Source: an uncultured Vicinamibacteraceae bacterium (lineage in GTDB: Bacteria; Acidobacteriota; Vicinamibacteria; Vicinamibacterales; UBA8438). From it: 64,000 bases of DNA. Below, one piece after another: positions 29,694 to 39,324 of the stretch. Numbering within the stretch: position 1 is the first letter of the stretch; every line of letters starts with the position of its first letter. The notes beneath the pieces were generated by a model. That model saw only the letters and a list, made by a program, of their open reading frames with translations, was not told the DNA's origin and did not search any database. The stretch covers positions 61,620-125,619 of the forward strand of contig CAZJYU010000002.1 of assembly GCA_964550305.1 (NCBI GenBank). Direction: 5' to 3'. The translations under genes and the position numbers were made by a program.

Positions 29694-31826
29694 CTATTCG
29701 AGCGGCTGGATGCGGACAAACATCTGCGTCAGAAAGTCCGGATACCAGACCGTGGGGGGCGTCGTCGAATTGTCGATCCACTGGAAACGATTGAGTGCGC
29801 TGGGTTCGGGATTCTCGTACACGATCCAGCGGTCCGTCTTCGGGTTGAACCGCAGGAAGCCGCGACCATGCATAACGCCACCCCACACTTCACCGTTCTT
29901 GTCCGGCGTCGCCGTGTAGAAGTCCGTGTACGGGAACAGCGGCGTCGGCGGCCAGAACAGACGAGTGTGAATACCCTTGCCCTCGTCGATCTCGTTCACG
30001 AGCTGCACCAGCGGACCGGCGCGGCCACCGAACCAGACATTGTTGTCGGCATCGAATTCGCCGCGCGCGGCGCCATGGTCCTGATCGTGCGAGAACGTCT
30101 CGTACACCTCTCCGGTTGTCACGTCGAGCATCCAGGCGGTGTTGCTGGTGGCCAGCCCCGAACCGCCGCCCGCCACAAACCGCCCGTCGGCTGACACGGC
30201 GTGATGGTACGAGCTGGGCGTGTTCGGACGCACGTAGGAATCCACGACTTCGCCAGTGTGGGGATCGATCCGCACGGCCCTTTGGCGACCGTCGTCCCCT
30301 GGCAGCCCCTGCCACAGGTGACCGTCCGGCGCCAGGCCGGGATTCAGTCCGGCGGGAACCGCCGTGTGCGCCACGATCTCCTCGGTCTCCATGTCCAGCC
30401 GGTAGTACACGCGGGGACGGGGTTGCTGCGGCGGTCCCTGCACGAACCAGACAAACCCGTTCGTGTCGTCCACGCGGCACGCATGGCTATCGACCGTCGG
30501 ACGGCCGTTGACGTCGGGCAGCCGGTACTCCTTGATGATCCCGGTCTTGGGATCCAGGTACCCGACCTGCGGCGCGTGGTGACTCGTGTACCAGATTCTT
30601 CCCTGCGCGTCTCCGCACACATCATGCAGGTTCAGCAGCCGGCGGTTCGGTTCGTACTCGGTGATCACCACCCGGGTGGCCGCCCCGCGCGGCGTCCGCT
30701 TCCACATCCGCACCGGCATATCCTGCGAGTCCGGGCCGCGCACCTGCGCCAGCCACCCGGCAATCACATCGATCTCTGTCGCGAGAAGCCTCCCGGCCTC
30801 GGTGTCGGTGTCGATCGCCCGACCGGGACCGCCCTGTGGGCCGGTCTTCATGCGCTGGACGATAAGCCGCCAGCTCCGCTCGTCGTACCGGTTTCGGAAG
30901 ATAAGCTCGTAGCTGTGGCAGCCGATGCCGCAGGACTTCACAAAGGCCGTCTTCTGCTGGTCAGTGCCGGGCAGATTCCACAACCACTCGGCGCCGCTCA
31001 TCTGGGACATCACGTCGAGGGTGGGTGGCAGCGCGCCCCGCATGATCACGGGATCCGCGGCGCTGGGGACCATCTCGAGCACAATCGGATCGAGAGTGGC
31101 GGCGCCGCTGATCGACACATCCTCGCGCACAAAGGCCTTGTAGGGCAGAGGGGTGGCTATGCGCAGGGTGTACGACCCGGCCTGCAGCGCGGGGAACTCG
31201 TAGCGGCCATCCGCGTCGCTAAAGACCGTCGTTCGCACGGCATTGGGCGCGATGAGTTGTACCTTGATCCCTTCCAGCGGATATCCGTTGGCCAACTGGA
31301 CAACGCCCCGCGCGCCGCCCTTCACTTCCGCCGTCACCGGCCAGGGGTCCGTCTCGGCCCTGTAGTGCGGGTTGTAGGGTGGTTCCAGCAGCTCGTAGCA
31401 GCACGACGGATCCTGGAGATAGGTAACGAGGTCAGCCACGTCGGCATCGGTCAGGGTGTCGCGGAAGGCGGGCATTCGCGGGCCGCCGTTCCGGATCTTC
31501 GTGGCGATTGCGTCATCCGTGAGCGACCCCTGGTCCAGATCATGCAGCGACGGACCAACGAGCCCACTCAGGTCTCCTTCGGCCGCCACCTCCTGATGGC
31601 ACATCCAGCACTTGTAGAAATAGATCGTCTTCCCGCGCGTGACGCCGCTGGTAGCGGCCTCGTTGTTCTGAAGGATCTCGTACGTCCGCTGGTACTGGTC
31701 CACGATGTCGCTCTGCGGTGCGCCGGCAGGCGCCTGTTCCGATGCGAGCAGCCCGAGCCCGATGCTCGAAACGCATGCCGCAGCAAAGAGCGTGACGAAC
31801 AGGGGATACGTCGTGCGCATTCTCAC
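29694..31826 (-). CDS. Secreted multidomain protein: c-type cytochrome domain + carboxypeptidase-regulatory-like domain + second heme-like site + beta-propeller-like C-terminus
   Basis: Signal peptide. CWMCH (CxxCH) with a downstream GGPRMPAF Met ligand region. IKVQLIAPN...DADGRYEFPALQAGSYTLRI is CarboxypepD_reg-like. CGIGCH (Cx3CH) is present. The long C-terminal repeat-like region resembles lyase/propeller folds. Confidence 0.75.
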   Translation of the reverse strand: MRMRTTYPLFVTLFAAACVSSIGLGLLASEQAPAGAPQSDIVDQYQRTYEILQNNEAATSGVTRGKTIYFYKCWMCHQEVAAEGDLSGLVGPSLHDLDQGSLTDDAIATKIRNGGPRMPAFRDTLTDADVADLVTYLQDPSCCYELLEPPYNPHYRAETDPWPVTAEVKGGARGVVQLANGYPLEGIKVQLIAPNAVRTTVFSDADGRYEFPALQAGSYTLRIATPLPYKAFVREDVSISGAATLDPIVLEMVPSAADPVIMRGALPPTLDVMSQMSGAEWLWNLPGTDQQKTAFVKSCGIGCHSYELIFRNRYDERSWRLIVQRMKTGPQGGPGRAIDTDTEAGRLLATEIDVIAGWLAQVRGPDSQDMPVRMWKRTPRGAATRVVITEYEPNRRLLNLHDVCGDAQGRIWYTSHHAPQVGYLDPKTGIIKEYRLPDVNGRPTVDSHACRVDDTNGFVWFVQGPPQQPRPRVYYRLDMETEEIVAHTAVPAGLNPGLAPDGHLWQGLPGDDGRQRAVRIDPHTGEVVDSYVRPNTPSSYHHAVSADGRFVAGGGSGLATSNTAWMLDVTTGEVYETFSHDQDHGAARGEFDADNNVWFGGRAGPLVQLVNEIDEGKGIHTRLFWPPTPLFPYTDFYTATPDKNGEVWGGVMHGRGFLRFNPKTDRWIVYENPEPSALNRFQWIDNSTTPPTVWYPDFLTQMFVRIQPLE

Positions 31827-31853
31827 CCTCCCTTCGGTCTATGCCCGGGAGTA

Positions 31854-32165
31854 TCAGGACGCCGCGCTGTCTTCAGCCGGGGGTACGTCGGCCGTCTGCA
31901 GGGTGCCAGCCGACTCGGCGGACCGCTTCATCGCCTCGCGCCGCCGGTGCAGCATCCGCCGAAACGGATACCACAGGATCGCCGTGAACCAAAGGACAAC
32001 CGAACCGATCATCCCCGCGACGAGCGCGATTGCGCCCAGTCCAACGCCCGGTCCGACGTAGGCCTCCGCCGCCGGAGCCCACGCCAGCAGCGCCACCGGA
32101 AACAGCGCCGCCACCCCTGCCATCAGATGACCAGTGCGGTCCACGACCCACCCATGATACATCAC
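31854..32165 (-). CDS. Small hypothetical membrane protein
   Basis: Two hydrophobic segments (MAGVAALFPVALLAWAP; VGLGAIALVAGMIGSVVLWFTAILWYPF), then a basic stretch RRMLHRRREAMKR. GC3-rich codon use. The start is uncertain. Confidence 0.5.
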   Translation of the reverse strand: MMYHGWVVDRTGHLMAGVAALFPVALLAWAPAAEAYVGPGVGLGAIALVAGMIGSVVLWFTAILWYPFRRMLHRRREAMKRSAESAGTLQTADVPPAEDSAAS

Positions 32166-32202
32166 GCTGCCCGGCTGAGCCGGGCCAGGCTTGCCTGCCG
32201 GA

Positions 32203-33330
32203 TTAGGGCCTGCCGGCCTGTCGGCTTCGCGCGTCGAGGGCCGCGTACAGCTCGCGCGCCTGGTCGATCAGCGGCCGCGCGACAATCCCGGGAGTGTCCG
32301 TCGGGGAGCGGCGGGGTGCGAACCTGAGTGCTGTCGCCGGGAGATCGAGACGTGATGCCAGCGCCGCGCAGGCCTGTTCCGGCTCGGCGCAGATCCATTC
32401 GTAGCAGACGAAGATCGGCGCGATGGCGTTTGTCTCCGCGTACCGCAGCACGTGCGAGTAGGCGGCCACCCATTGCTGAAGCCAATACACCGGTTCGTCC
32501 TGATCCGCATCCGGCGGCGCGTCGCTGCCGGGGAACGCGAAGGGCCGATGGTCGAGACCAAACTCGTGATGCACGAGCCAGGTCATGTAACGCCGGGTGA
32601 ACGGATCGTCCCGCTGCTGTTGCGAGAAACGCCGGTGTTGCGCCAGAAGCGATGCCGCCTGGCGTAGCGGATCGCGGAACGGGATGATCACGTGCGCATT
32701 CGGGAACGCGCGGCGGATTGTCGGCAGCCGCAGCAGGTTGTTGTTGTTCTTCGACAGGTATCGGTCGGATCCGTACCGCTTCAGAATCAACGCAACGTAC
32801 CGGCGGAAGCGATCCACGGCGTCGCCGTCCGCCTCCATCGCCGACAACGCGCTCGGTCGGATGTAGCCGGCCCCGCAGACGACGCGCCAGAAGACCTCGT
32901 CGAGCGCTTCCGGGCTGTCGGCATCGATGACAATACCGTCGCCGTGCGCCCTTTCCTGAGCCGGAATGTCACGCCGCGACCGCCGCGTGAGCGACGCCCA
33001 GAGGTTTGGCGCCAGTACGAACGGCATGTCGCGATAGCTGAGCGACGCGAACCGGCCCGAGGCATGCAGCAGCCGCATCAGCATGGTGGTGCCGGCGCGC
33101 GCCAGGCCGGTGACGAAGACGTGCGCGCCGTGGTCTACAACCGGCAGGTTGCGGCCGTGCAGCAGTTCCTCGACGTCGAGCCAGGTCTCCGCCACGAAGG
33201 CGTGCTCCAGCGCCAGCGCATGCAGCAGCCGCGCCGCCGGACCGTACGCCTGGGACTGGTTGGACAACGCGCCATCTCCGCTCGAGCGTGAACCCCGCCG
33301 CGCAGCCGGTCCGGCAATGCGCTCCGTCAA
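32203..33330 (-). CDS. Sulfotransferase family protein
   Basis: PAPS 5'-phosphosulfate-binding-loop-like FVTGLARAGTTMLMRLL and a later RDPLRQAASL region. I place the start at TTG 33330, which overlaps the stop of the upstream small ORF (TTGA). The maximal ORF extends to 33468. Confidence 0.72.
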   Translation of the reverse strand: MTERIAGPAARRGSRSSGDGALSNQSQAYGPAARLLHALALEHAFVAETWLDVEELLHGRNLPVVDHGAHVFVTGLARAGTTMLMRLLHASGRFASLSYRDMPFVLAPNLWASLTRRSRRDIPAQERAHGDGIVIDADSPEALDEVFWRVVCGAGYIRPSALSAMEADGDAVDRFRRYVALILKRYGSDRYLSKNNNNLLRLPTIRRAFPNAHVIIPFRDPLRQAASLLAQHRRFSQQQRDDPFTRRYMTWLVHHEFGLDHRPFAFPGSDAPPDADQDEPVYWLQQWVAAYSHVLRYAETNAIAPIFVCYEWICAEPEQACAALASRLDLPATALRFAPRRSPTDTPGIVARPLIDQARELYAALDARSRQAGRP

Positions 33331-33548
33331 TCCGAACGTTGCATGGCGGCCCCGGCGCCGGACGCAATGGCCGACTCGAGCGCATCGGCCAACTCGCCAA
33401 GCGCCGCCTGTTCCTGCTCCGCGGCATGCAGGATGGCGCGCGTCTCCTGCAGCGACGGTCGGCTCCACTCCTCGCCGTCGAAACGGACACGTCCGTCCGC
33501 GTCGAACTCCACCAGCACGGCATCCATCGTCTCCACGTAGAGGCGCAT
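33327..33548 (-). CDS. Small hypothetical protein (73 aa)
   Basis: Begins 28 nt after the clpA stop. Strong GC3 codon bias and non-repetitive acidic sequence (MRLYVETMDAVLVEFDADGRVRFDGEEW...). No recognisable domain. Confidence 0.45.
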   Translation of the reverse strand: MRLYVETMDAVLVEFDADGRVRFDGEEWSRPSLQETRAILHAAEQEQAALGELADALESAIASGAGAAMQRSD

Positions 33549-33575
33549 CGGTCTGTTTGCCCGTTTCGCCGTCGG

Positions 33576-35990
33576 CTACTCGACGGTTTCCCCGGGTGCG
33601 GGCGCGGCCGTGCCGGTCCCGCCGCCGCTACCGCCCGCCGCCGCGTCCGGCGGCAGCGCCTCGACGTCAAACGTCAGGTTGTCGTCCCCGAGGCCGATCC
33701 GGACCGTGCCGCCATGCTGGAGCCGGCCGAACAGGATCTCGTCGGTGAGCGGGTTTCGCACCTCGGTCTGCACGACGCGCGCGAGGGGGCGCGCGCCGTA
33801 GACCGGGTCGTACCCCCGCGTCGCCAGCCACGCCCGCGCCGCCGGCTCGAGGACGATGGCGACGCGCCGCTCGGCCAGTTGCGACTCGAGCTGTAGGATG
33901 AACTTCTCGACGATCGTCTCCATGGTCTCGGGCGTCAGCGGATCGAACGGAATGATGCCGTCGAGCCGGTTCCGGAACTCCGGGCTGAAGATCCGCTCAA
34001 TGGCCGCTTTCATCCGCCCCTGCGCCGTCGTCGCGCGATCGTCGCTGAAGCCGATCATGCCGGCGCTCGCCTCGCGCGAGCCGGCGTTGGAAGTGAGAAT
34101 CAGGATGGCGTGACGGAAATCGGCCTTCCTGCCGCTGTTGTCCGTCAGCGTCGCGTGATCCATCACCTGCAGCAGGATGTTGTAGATGTCCGGATGGGCC
34201 TTCTCGATCTCGTCCAGCAGCACGACGCTGTAGGGATGGGTCCGCACCGCGTCGACGAGCAGCCCCCCCTGCTCGAAGCCGACATAGCCGGGCGGCGCGC
34301 CGATCAGCCGAGCCACCGCGTGCTTCTCCATGTACTCGCTCATGTCGTAGCGGACGAACTCGTTCCCCAGGTGGATCGCGAGCTGTTTCGCCAGTTCCGT
34401 CTTGCCGACCCCGGTCGGTCCGGTGAAAAGGAAGCAGCCAGCCGGCCGATCGGGCGTCGCGAGCCCCGCACGCGACCGCTTGATGGCGGTCACGACCGCC
34501 TTGACTGCCTCCGATTGTCCGAATACTACGCGCTCGAGCGCCACGTCGAGCGTGCGGAGCCGTTCCCTGTCGGATGACGTGGCCTGCTTCTCCGGGATGC
34601 GCGCCATCCGCGCCACCACCTTCTCGATATCCTCCAGCGTTACTTCCGGCGGCGCGTCAGCGGAGGTGTTGGCTGGCCCCCCACCATCGGCGTCGGTCGC
34701 CCCGGGCGGCGTCGTGTCGCGGCCCGCGTCGGCGATGGTCCGCCGCATGCCGATGGCCGCTCCCGCCTCGTCCAGAATGTCGATCGCGGCGTCCGGCAGT
34801 CGTGACTCGCGCAGGTGTCGCCGGGCCAGCTTCGCCGCCGCCGCCGCCGTCTCGGGCGCGAACGTCACGCCGTGGTGCTCCTCGTATCGCGACCGCAGGC
34901 CCTCGAGGATCTGCGAGGTCTCGTCGATGGTCGGCTCCTCAATCACCACCTTCTGCAGGCGGCGTGCCAGCGCACGGTCCTTCTCGATCTGCTTGAACTC
35001 CTCGAACGTAGTCGATCCGATGACGCGCAAGTCGCCCGCCGACAGGATTGGCTTGATCAGCGTCGCCAGGTCCATGGTCCCGCCGGTCGTGGCCCCCGCG
35101 CCCACCGTCGCATGCACCTCGTCGATGAACAGGATCGGCATCGGATGATCGGCGAGCGCGTTCACGACCGCCTTGAATCGCTCCTCGAAGTCACCCCGGT
35201 AACGCGTGCCGGCGAGCAGTGCGGCGGTATCGAGCCCATAGATCTCCGCACCGGAAAGCCGCGCCGGGACGCCGTCCTCCGTCAGGCGCGCCGCCAGCCC
35301 CTCCGCCAGCGCGGTCTTCCCGACGCCCGCGTCGCCCACGAATACCGGGTTGTTCTTCCGCCGCCGGCAGAGGATCTGCAGCGTGCGCTGAAGCTCCGGT
35401 TCCCGCCCGATCAGGGGATCGAGCTTGCCGGCCCGTGCCCGCTCCGTCAGGTTGACCGTGTACGCGCGGAGCGGATCGCGCGCCGCGGCGGGCCCTTCGG
35501 CCCCGGCATCCGCCTCTGCCCGGTCCTTGCGGCCGTCGTGGCCCGTCCGAGCGACGGGTGCTTTTGTTATGCCGTGCGAGATGTAGTTGAGGATGTCGAG
35601 CCGCGTCACACCCTGGGCTTCAAGCACCTGCGCGGCGTGCGTTTTCGGCTGCTGCAGCATGGCGGCCAGCACGTCGCCGGATCGGACTTCGTCTTTTCCG
35701 GCGCTTTGCACCTGCAGCACTGCGGTTTGCAGGACGCGCCGGAAACTGATCGTCTGCGCCGGTTCCGGCGCCCGTTCGCGGCGGCTCACGGTCTCGAGTG
35801 TCGAAAGGTAGTCGTCCAGCGTGCTTCGTAGCGCCGGCAGATCGACGCCGCAGGCAGCGAGGATTCGCTCCGCCTCGGTGTCGTGTGCCAGCGCGTAGAG
35901 CAGATGCTCGAGCGTCAGGTACATATGGCGGCGCGACATCGCCTCGCGATACGCGACGTTCAGGATCAGCTCGAGTGACGTGCTGAACAT
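33576..35990 (-). CDS. clpA: ATP-dependent Clp protease ATP-binding subunit ClpA
   Basis: Clp N-domain repeats, two AAA+ modules (GDAGVGKT and GPTGVGKT), no middle coiled-coil insertion, and adjacent clpS. Confidence 0.95.
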   Translation of the reverse strand: MFSTSLELILNVAYREAMSRRHMYLTLEHLLYALAHDTEAERILAACGVDLPALRSTLDDYLSTLETVSRRERAPEPAQTISFRRVLQTAVLQVQSAGKDEVRSGDVLAAMLQQPKTHAAQVLEAQGVTRLDILNYISHGITKAPVARTGHDGRKDRAEADAGAEGPAAARDPLRAYTVNLTERARAGKLDPLIGREPELQRTLQILCRRRKNNPVFVGDAGVGKTALAEGLAARLTEDGVPARLSGAEIYGLDTAALLAGTRYRGDFEERFKAVVNALADHPMPILFIDEVHATVGAGATTGGTMDLATLIKPILSAGDLRVIGSTTFEEFKQIEKDRALARRLQKVVIEEPTIDETSQILEGLRSRYEEHHGVTFAPETAAAAAKLARRHLRESRLPDAAIDILDEAGAAIGMRRTIADAGRDTTPPGATDADGGGPANTSADAPPEVTLEDIEKVVARMARIPEKQATSSDRERLRTLDVALERVVFGQSEAVKAVVTAIKRSRAGLATPDRPAGCFLFTGPTGVGKTELAKQLAIHLGNEFVRYDMSEYMEKHAVARLIGAPPGYVGFEQGGLLVDAVRTHPYSVVLLDEIEKAHPDIYNILLQVMDHATLTDNSGRKADFRHAILILTSNAGSREASAGMIGFSDDRATTAQGRMKAAIERIFSPEFRNRLDGIIPFDPLTPETMETIVEKFILQLESQLAERRVAIVLEPAARAWLATRGYDPVYGARPLARVVQTEVRNPLTDEILFGRLQHGGTVRIGLGDDNLTFDVEALPPDAAAGGSGGGTGTAAPAPGETVE

Positions 35991-35999
35991 GGGATCGGG

Positions 36000-36326
36000 T
36001 TACCCGTCCTCCTCCTCGATGGTTGCCTGTAGCGGAAAACCTTCGGTCTCGGCCCGCTCCCGAACCATCGCCACCTTGGTTTCCGCGATCTCGTAAGGGT
36101 AGGCGCCGCAGACCGCCTTCCCCTGCGTGTGAACCAGCATCATCAGGCGAAACGCCTCGGCCGGCGCCTTCTGGAATATCTCCTCGAGAATCGCCACGAC
36201 GAAATCCATCGTCGTGTAGTCGTCGTTCAACAGCAGGACGCGGTACATTCTCGGCGTGACGGTCCGGTCCTCGGGCCGTTCCAGCACTTCCCCGCCGAGC
36301 TGGCGATCCGTGTCGTGAGATGCCAT
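36000..36326 (-). CDS. clpS: ATP-dependent Clp protease adaptor ClpS
   Basis: MYRVLLLNDDYTTMDFVVAILEEIF core. Start set at ATG 36326 (MASHDTD...). Confidence 0.92.
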   Translation of the reverse strand: MASHDTDRQLGGEVLERPEDRTVTPRMYRVLLLNDDYTTMDFVVAILEEIFQKAPAEAFRLMMLVHTQGKAVCGAYPYEIAETKVAMVRERAETEGFPLQATIEEEDG

Positions 36327-36456
36327 GCGCGTCGGCGCCGGCCAGCCTGGTCGGGCTGGCTTCGTGGCGGGCGCGACAACACCCGCACGACAGGCGCCGG
36401 ACTTCCAGCCTATCGACAGCCCTTTGGGCCGGTCAAGCAAAGTAGAATCACGCCCC

Positions 36457-37380
36457 ATGCAGGAGATCACCCCCGGGATCAGCTACATCGATCTCACCCA
36501 CCTCGGGTGCCGGCGGGTGATCGCGGCAACGGTGATTCAGGGTGAGGGGGGCGTCACGCTGATCGACCCCGGTCCGTCCTCCTGCCTCGCCACGCTGCGG
36601 GCCGCGCTCGATGCCGCTGGCATCGCGGTCACCGACATCCGGACGATCCTGCTGACGCACATCCACCTGGACCACGCGGGGGCTACCGGCTCGCTCGTCG
36701 GGGAGAATCCGGATATCGACGTGTACGTTCACGAACGCGGCGCGCCGCACATGATCGATCCTTCCAGGTTGCTCGGGAGCGCCGCCCGCCTGTACGGCGA
36801 TCAGATGGACACCCTCTGGGGCGCGTTCCTCCCCGTCCCCGAAGCAAACGTGCAGGTGCTATCGGGGGGCGAGCGGGTAGCGGCATCGGGACGGCGGTTC
36901 GAAGTGGCCTACACGCCGGGCCACGCCTCCCATCATGTCTGCTTCCTCGATCGCGGCAGCGGCATCGCCTTCGTCGGCGACACCGCCGGCGTCCGGACGG
37001 GCGAGCCGCTCTTCGTCATGCCGCCGACGCCGCCGCCCGACATCGACCTCGACGCCTGGACGACGAGCATCGAGTTGGTTCGTGCGTGGAATCCGTCGAC
37101 GCTGCTCATCACCCACTTCGGTCCGCACGACGATGTGGGCCCGCACCTGGATGCGGCCCTGGAGCATCTCCACGCGGCGGCGGCGATCGCACGGGAGGTG
37201 GTCGAAGGCGGCGGCGACGACGCAGACCAGGTAGTCCGCTTCGTCCTCAAGCTGAACGCCTACGTCCTGGGGCGTCTTCCGAAGGAGGAGGCGGCGTTCT
37301 ACATTGCCGCCGCACCGATCGATCAGTGCTGGCTCGGGCTCGCCCGCTACTGGAAAAAGCAGGGCGTCACGGCACGATAG
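36457..37380 (+). CDS. MBL-fold metallo-hydrolase
   Basis: THIHLDHAG (HxHxDH) and the later TPGHASHH. Start at ATG 36457 (MQEITPGISYIDL). Confidence 0.85.
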   Translation: MQEITPGISYIDLTHLGCRRVIAATVIQGEGGVTLIDPGPSSCLATLRAALDAAGIAVTDIRTILLTHIHLDHAGATGSLVGENPDIDVYVHERGAPHMIDPSRLLGSAARLYGDQMDTLWGAFLPVPEANVQVLSGGERVAASGRRFEVAYTPGHASHHVCFLDRGSGIAFVGDTAGVRTGEPLFVMPPTPPPDIDLDAWTTSIELVRAWNPSTLLITHFGPHDDVGPHLDAALEHLHAAAAIAREVVEGGGDDADQVVRFVLKLNAYVLGRLPKEEAAFYIAAAPIDQCWLGLARYWKKQGVTAR

Positions 37381-37424
37381 CGGTGCGCCGGATTCCGCTC
37401 GGGCAATCCGGCCGTCCGCGCCCC

Positions 37425-37928
37425 TCAGGCTCCGCGTAGCGGCTCACCGCGGAGCCAGCGCGCAAGCGCCTTGTCCGGGTTGCCGATCTCGTCAAGTGAC
37501 GTGTACCAGTACTGCTTCCACTCGGCCTCGGGCATGCCGGTGAAGAGCATCAGGTTGAGCGGGTACATCTCGCTGTCGGTGCAGCGCCGGAAGTCGTCGC
37601 GAAAGAGAAAAGTCGGTTTGCCCCAGGCGATGGCAAGTCCGAGTTCCACCATCACGCCCTCGTCGGGAGGACAACCGTTAACCACCGCGAATATCCCGTC
37701 CGCCTTGCGCACGTCGCGTACATCCGCCTGGCCGATGCGGTACGCCCAGCCGGACGATGCCGTGTCCACCTGATTGTTCCGCGCGAACGGTTCCCACACC
37801 TCGGCTCCCGCCGCAGTCAGCACCGCGACCAGTGCTGCGAGCGGCCCCGTCCTTTGCTGCGCGGAGAAGCCGTACGGGTTGGCGAGATAGAGGGTCTTGC
37901 GGATTGGCACGTCGAAAGGGTCGCGCAC
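37425..37928 (-). CDS. Nucleoside 2-deoxyribosyltransferase family protein
   Basis: LYLANPYGFS N-terminal motif and DEGVMVELGLAIAWGKP (catalytic Glu region). Confidence 0.78.
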   Translation of the reverse strand: MRDPFDVPIRKTLYLANPYGFSAQQRTGPLAALVAVLTAAGAEVWEPFARNNQVDTASSGWAYRIGQADVRDVRKADGIFAVVNGCPPDEGVMVELGLAIAWGKPTFLFRDDFRRCTDSEMYPLNLMLFTGMPEAEWKQYWYTSLDEIGNPDKALARWLRGEPLRGA

Positions 37929-37988
37929 GGGTCGGGCCGGAGCGCAAGGGGCGCTTGCCGGCGGGCCCGTGGCCGCTACAACCGAACG

Positions 37989-39314
37989 TCAGTTGCTGGC
38001 GCTGCTGCCGGGAACCTCGTTGCCGGCCACCCAGACCGACTCAATCGTCGTGCTGTTCGTCACGTCGACGGACGGGTCCGCAGTGTAGACGACGAAGTCG
38101 GCGTGGTAACCGGGAGCGAGCATGCCGAGGTTCTCCATTCCGAGACACTCGGCGGCGTTCCTTGTCGAGGCGACGATGACATCCATCGGCGGCATTCCCG
38201 CCTCGGCCATCAACTCCAGTTCGCCATGCTCGAAGTAGCCCTGGAAGCGGGCCGCGGGACCGGTGTCGGTTCCCATCGCAACCGGGATGCCGGCGTCGTA
38301 CACCGCCCTCAGGTTGGCCATCGCCGTCGGCATCTGCTCGCGGTAGGTCTGCGCGCTCGAACTGTTGCGCACCCCCTCCATCCGCTCTGGATCCTCGAGT
38401 TGCGCCACCACTGAGGGATCCGCTTCACGCAGGAAGAAGGGGTCGTCGAACCAGTCGGGCCGGTCTCCGTACACGTACGTCGACACCTCTCGCATCAGCG
38501 TCGGGCAATAGCAAATGCCCGCCTCCTGCATCATCGAGACGAACTCGTCGTCCACCGGCACGTCGCGGACGCTGTGGGCGATAAAGTCGGTGCCGGCCTC
38601 GAGCAATCCCTTCGCGTCGGCGAGGTAGTAAAGGTGCGACGTCAATTTGAGGCCGCGTGCATGGGACGCATCGATCACCGCCTGGTACACTGCCGGCGTC
38701 ATCTTCTGCGAGTTGCCCAGATTGTCATCGACCCGGATCTTGATGAAGTCGACGCCCATGTCGGCGACCTCGTTCACCCGGGCGGCCGCCACATCCGGGT
38801 CGTCACCGACGATAACCGGTCCGGAGAGGCGAAGCCGCGCGTGGTCCAGGCTGGCATCCTCGCTGTCGCGCACGCGGACGCCCTCGGGGCCGCCGCCCCC
38901 CAGGCTCGCCACCGTGGTGACACCATACCGGGCGTAGAGCGCCAGTTGTCCGCGGATGTGCTCCTCGGTGTAGAAGGACGGGTCCGACTCGAGGCCACGC
39001 ACATTGTTGACGTGACCATGGGCGTTGATCAGGCCGGGGGTCACGGTCCGGCCGGCAAGATCGATGCGCGCCGCGTCGGCGGGAATCTCGGTGGCGTCGG
39101 CCGCCCCGATCACCTCGATCATCCCGTCGCGCACGACCATCACTCCACTGTCGATGGCGCCGCCGTCGCCGGTGATCAACTTCGCCCCGGTGAACGCTAC
39201 CAGCCCGGGCGTCGCTTCTACGACCTCCGGTTCCGCCGCCCCCCCGCACGCCGTCGCCGTGAGCGCGAGCGCCACGGACGCCGCCGAAGCGAGCCGCCCA
39301 GAGTGCCTGGTCAT
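37989..39314 (-). CDS. Amidohydrolase family lipoprotein
   Basis: Lipobox LTATAC, metal-binding INAHGHV (HxH), and later HS...H...D motifs. Start at ATG 39314 with a GAGAGGA RBS. Confidence 0.85.
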   Translation of the reverse strand: MTRHSGRLASAASVALALTATACGGAAEPEVVEATPGLVAFTGAKLITGDGGAIDSGVMVVRDGMIEVIGAADATEIPADAARIDLAGRTVTPGLINAHGHVNNVRGLESDPSFYTEEHIRGQLALYARYGVTTVASLGGGGPEGVRVRDSEDASLDHARLRLSGPVIVGDDPDVAAARVNEVADMGVDFIKIRVDDNLGNSQKMTPAVYQAVIDASHARGLKLTSHLYYLADAKGLLEAGTDFIAHSVRDVPVDDEFVSMMQEAGICYCPTLMREVSTYVYGDRPDWFDDPFFLREADPSVVAQLEDPERMEGVRNSSSAQTYREQMPTAMANLRAVYDAGIPVAMGTDTGPAARFQGYFEHGELELMAEAGMPPMDVIVASTRNAAECLGMENLGMLAPGYHADFVVYTADPSVDVTNSTTIESVWVAGNEVPGSSASN

Positions 39315-39324
39315 CAGGATCCTC

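Noticed and set aside
30201-32327. 708-aa ORF on the plus strand
   Set aside because: It is antisense to the cytochrome c fusion gene and the small membrane protein gene. Its composition is Arg/Pro/Gly-dominated, and it has no recognisable domain.
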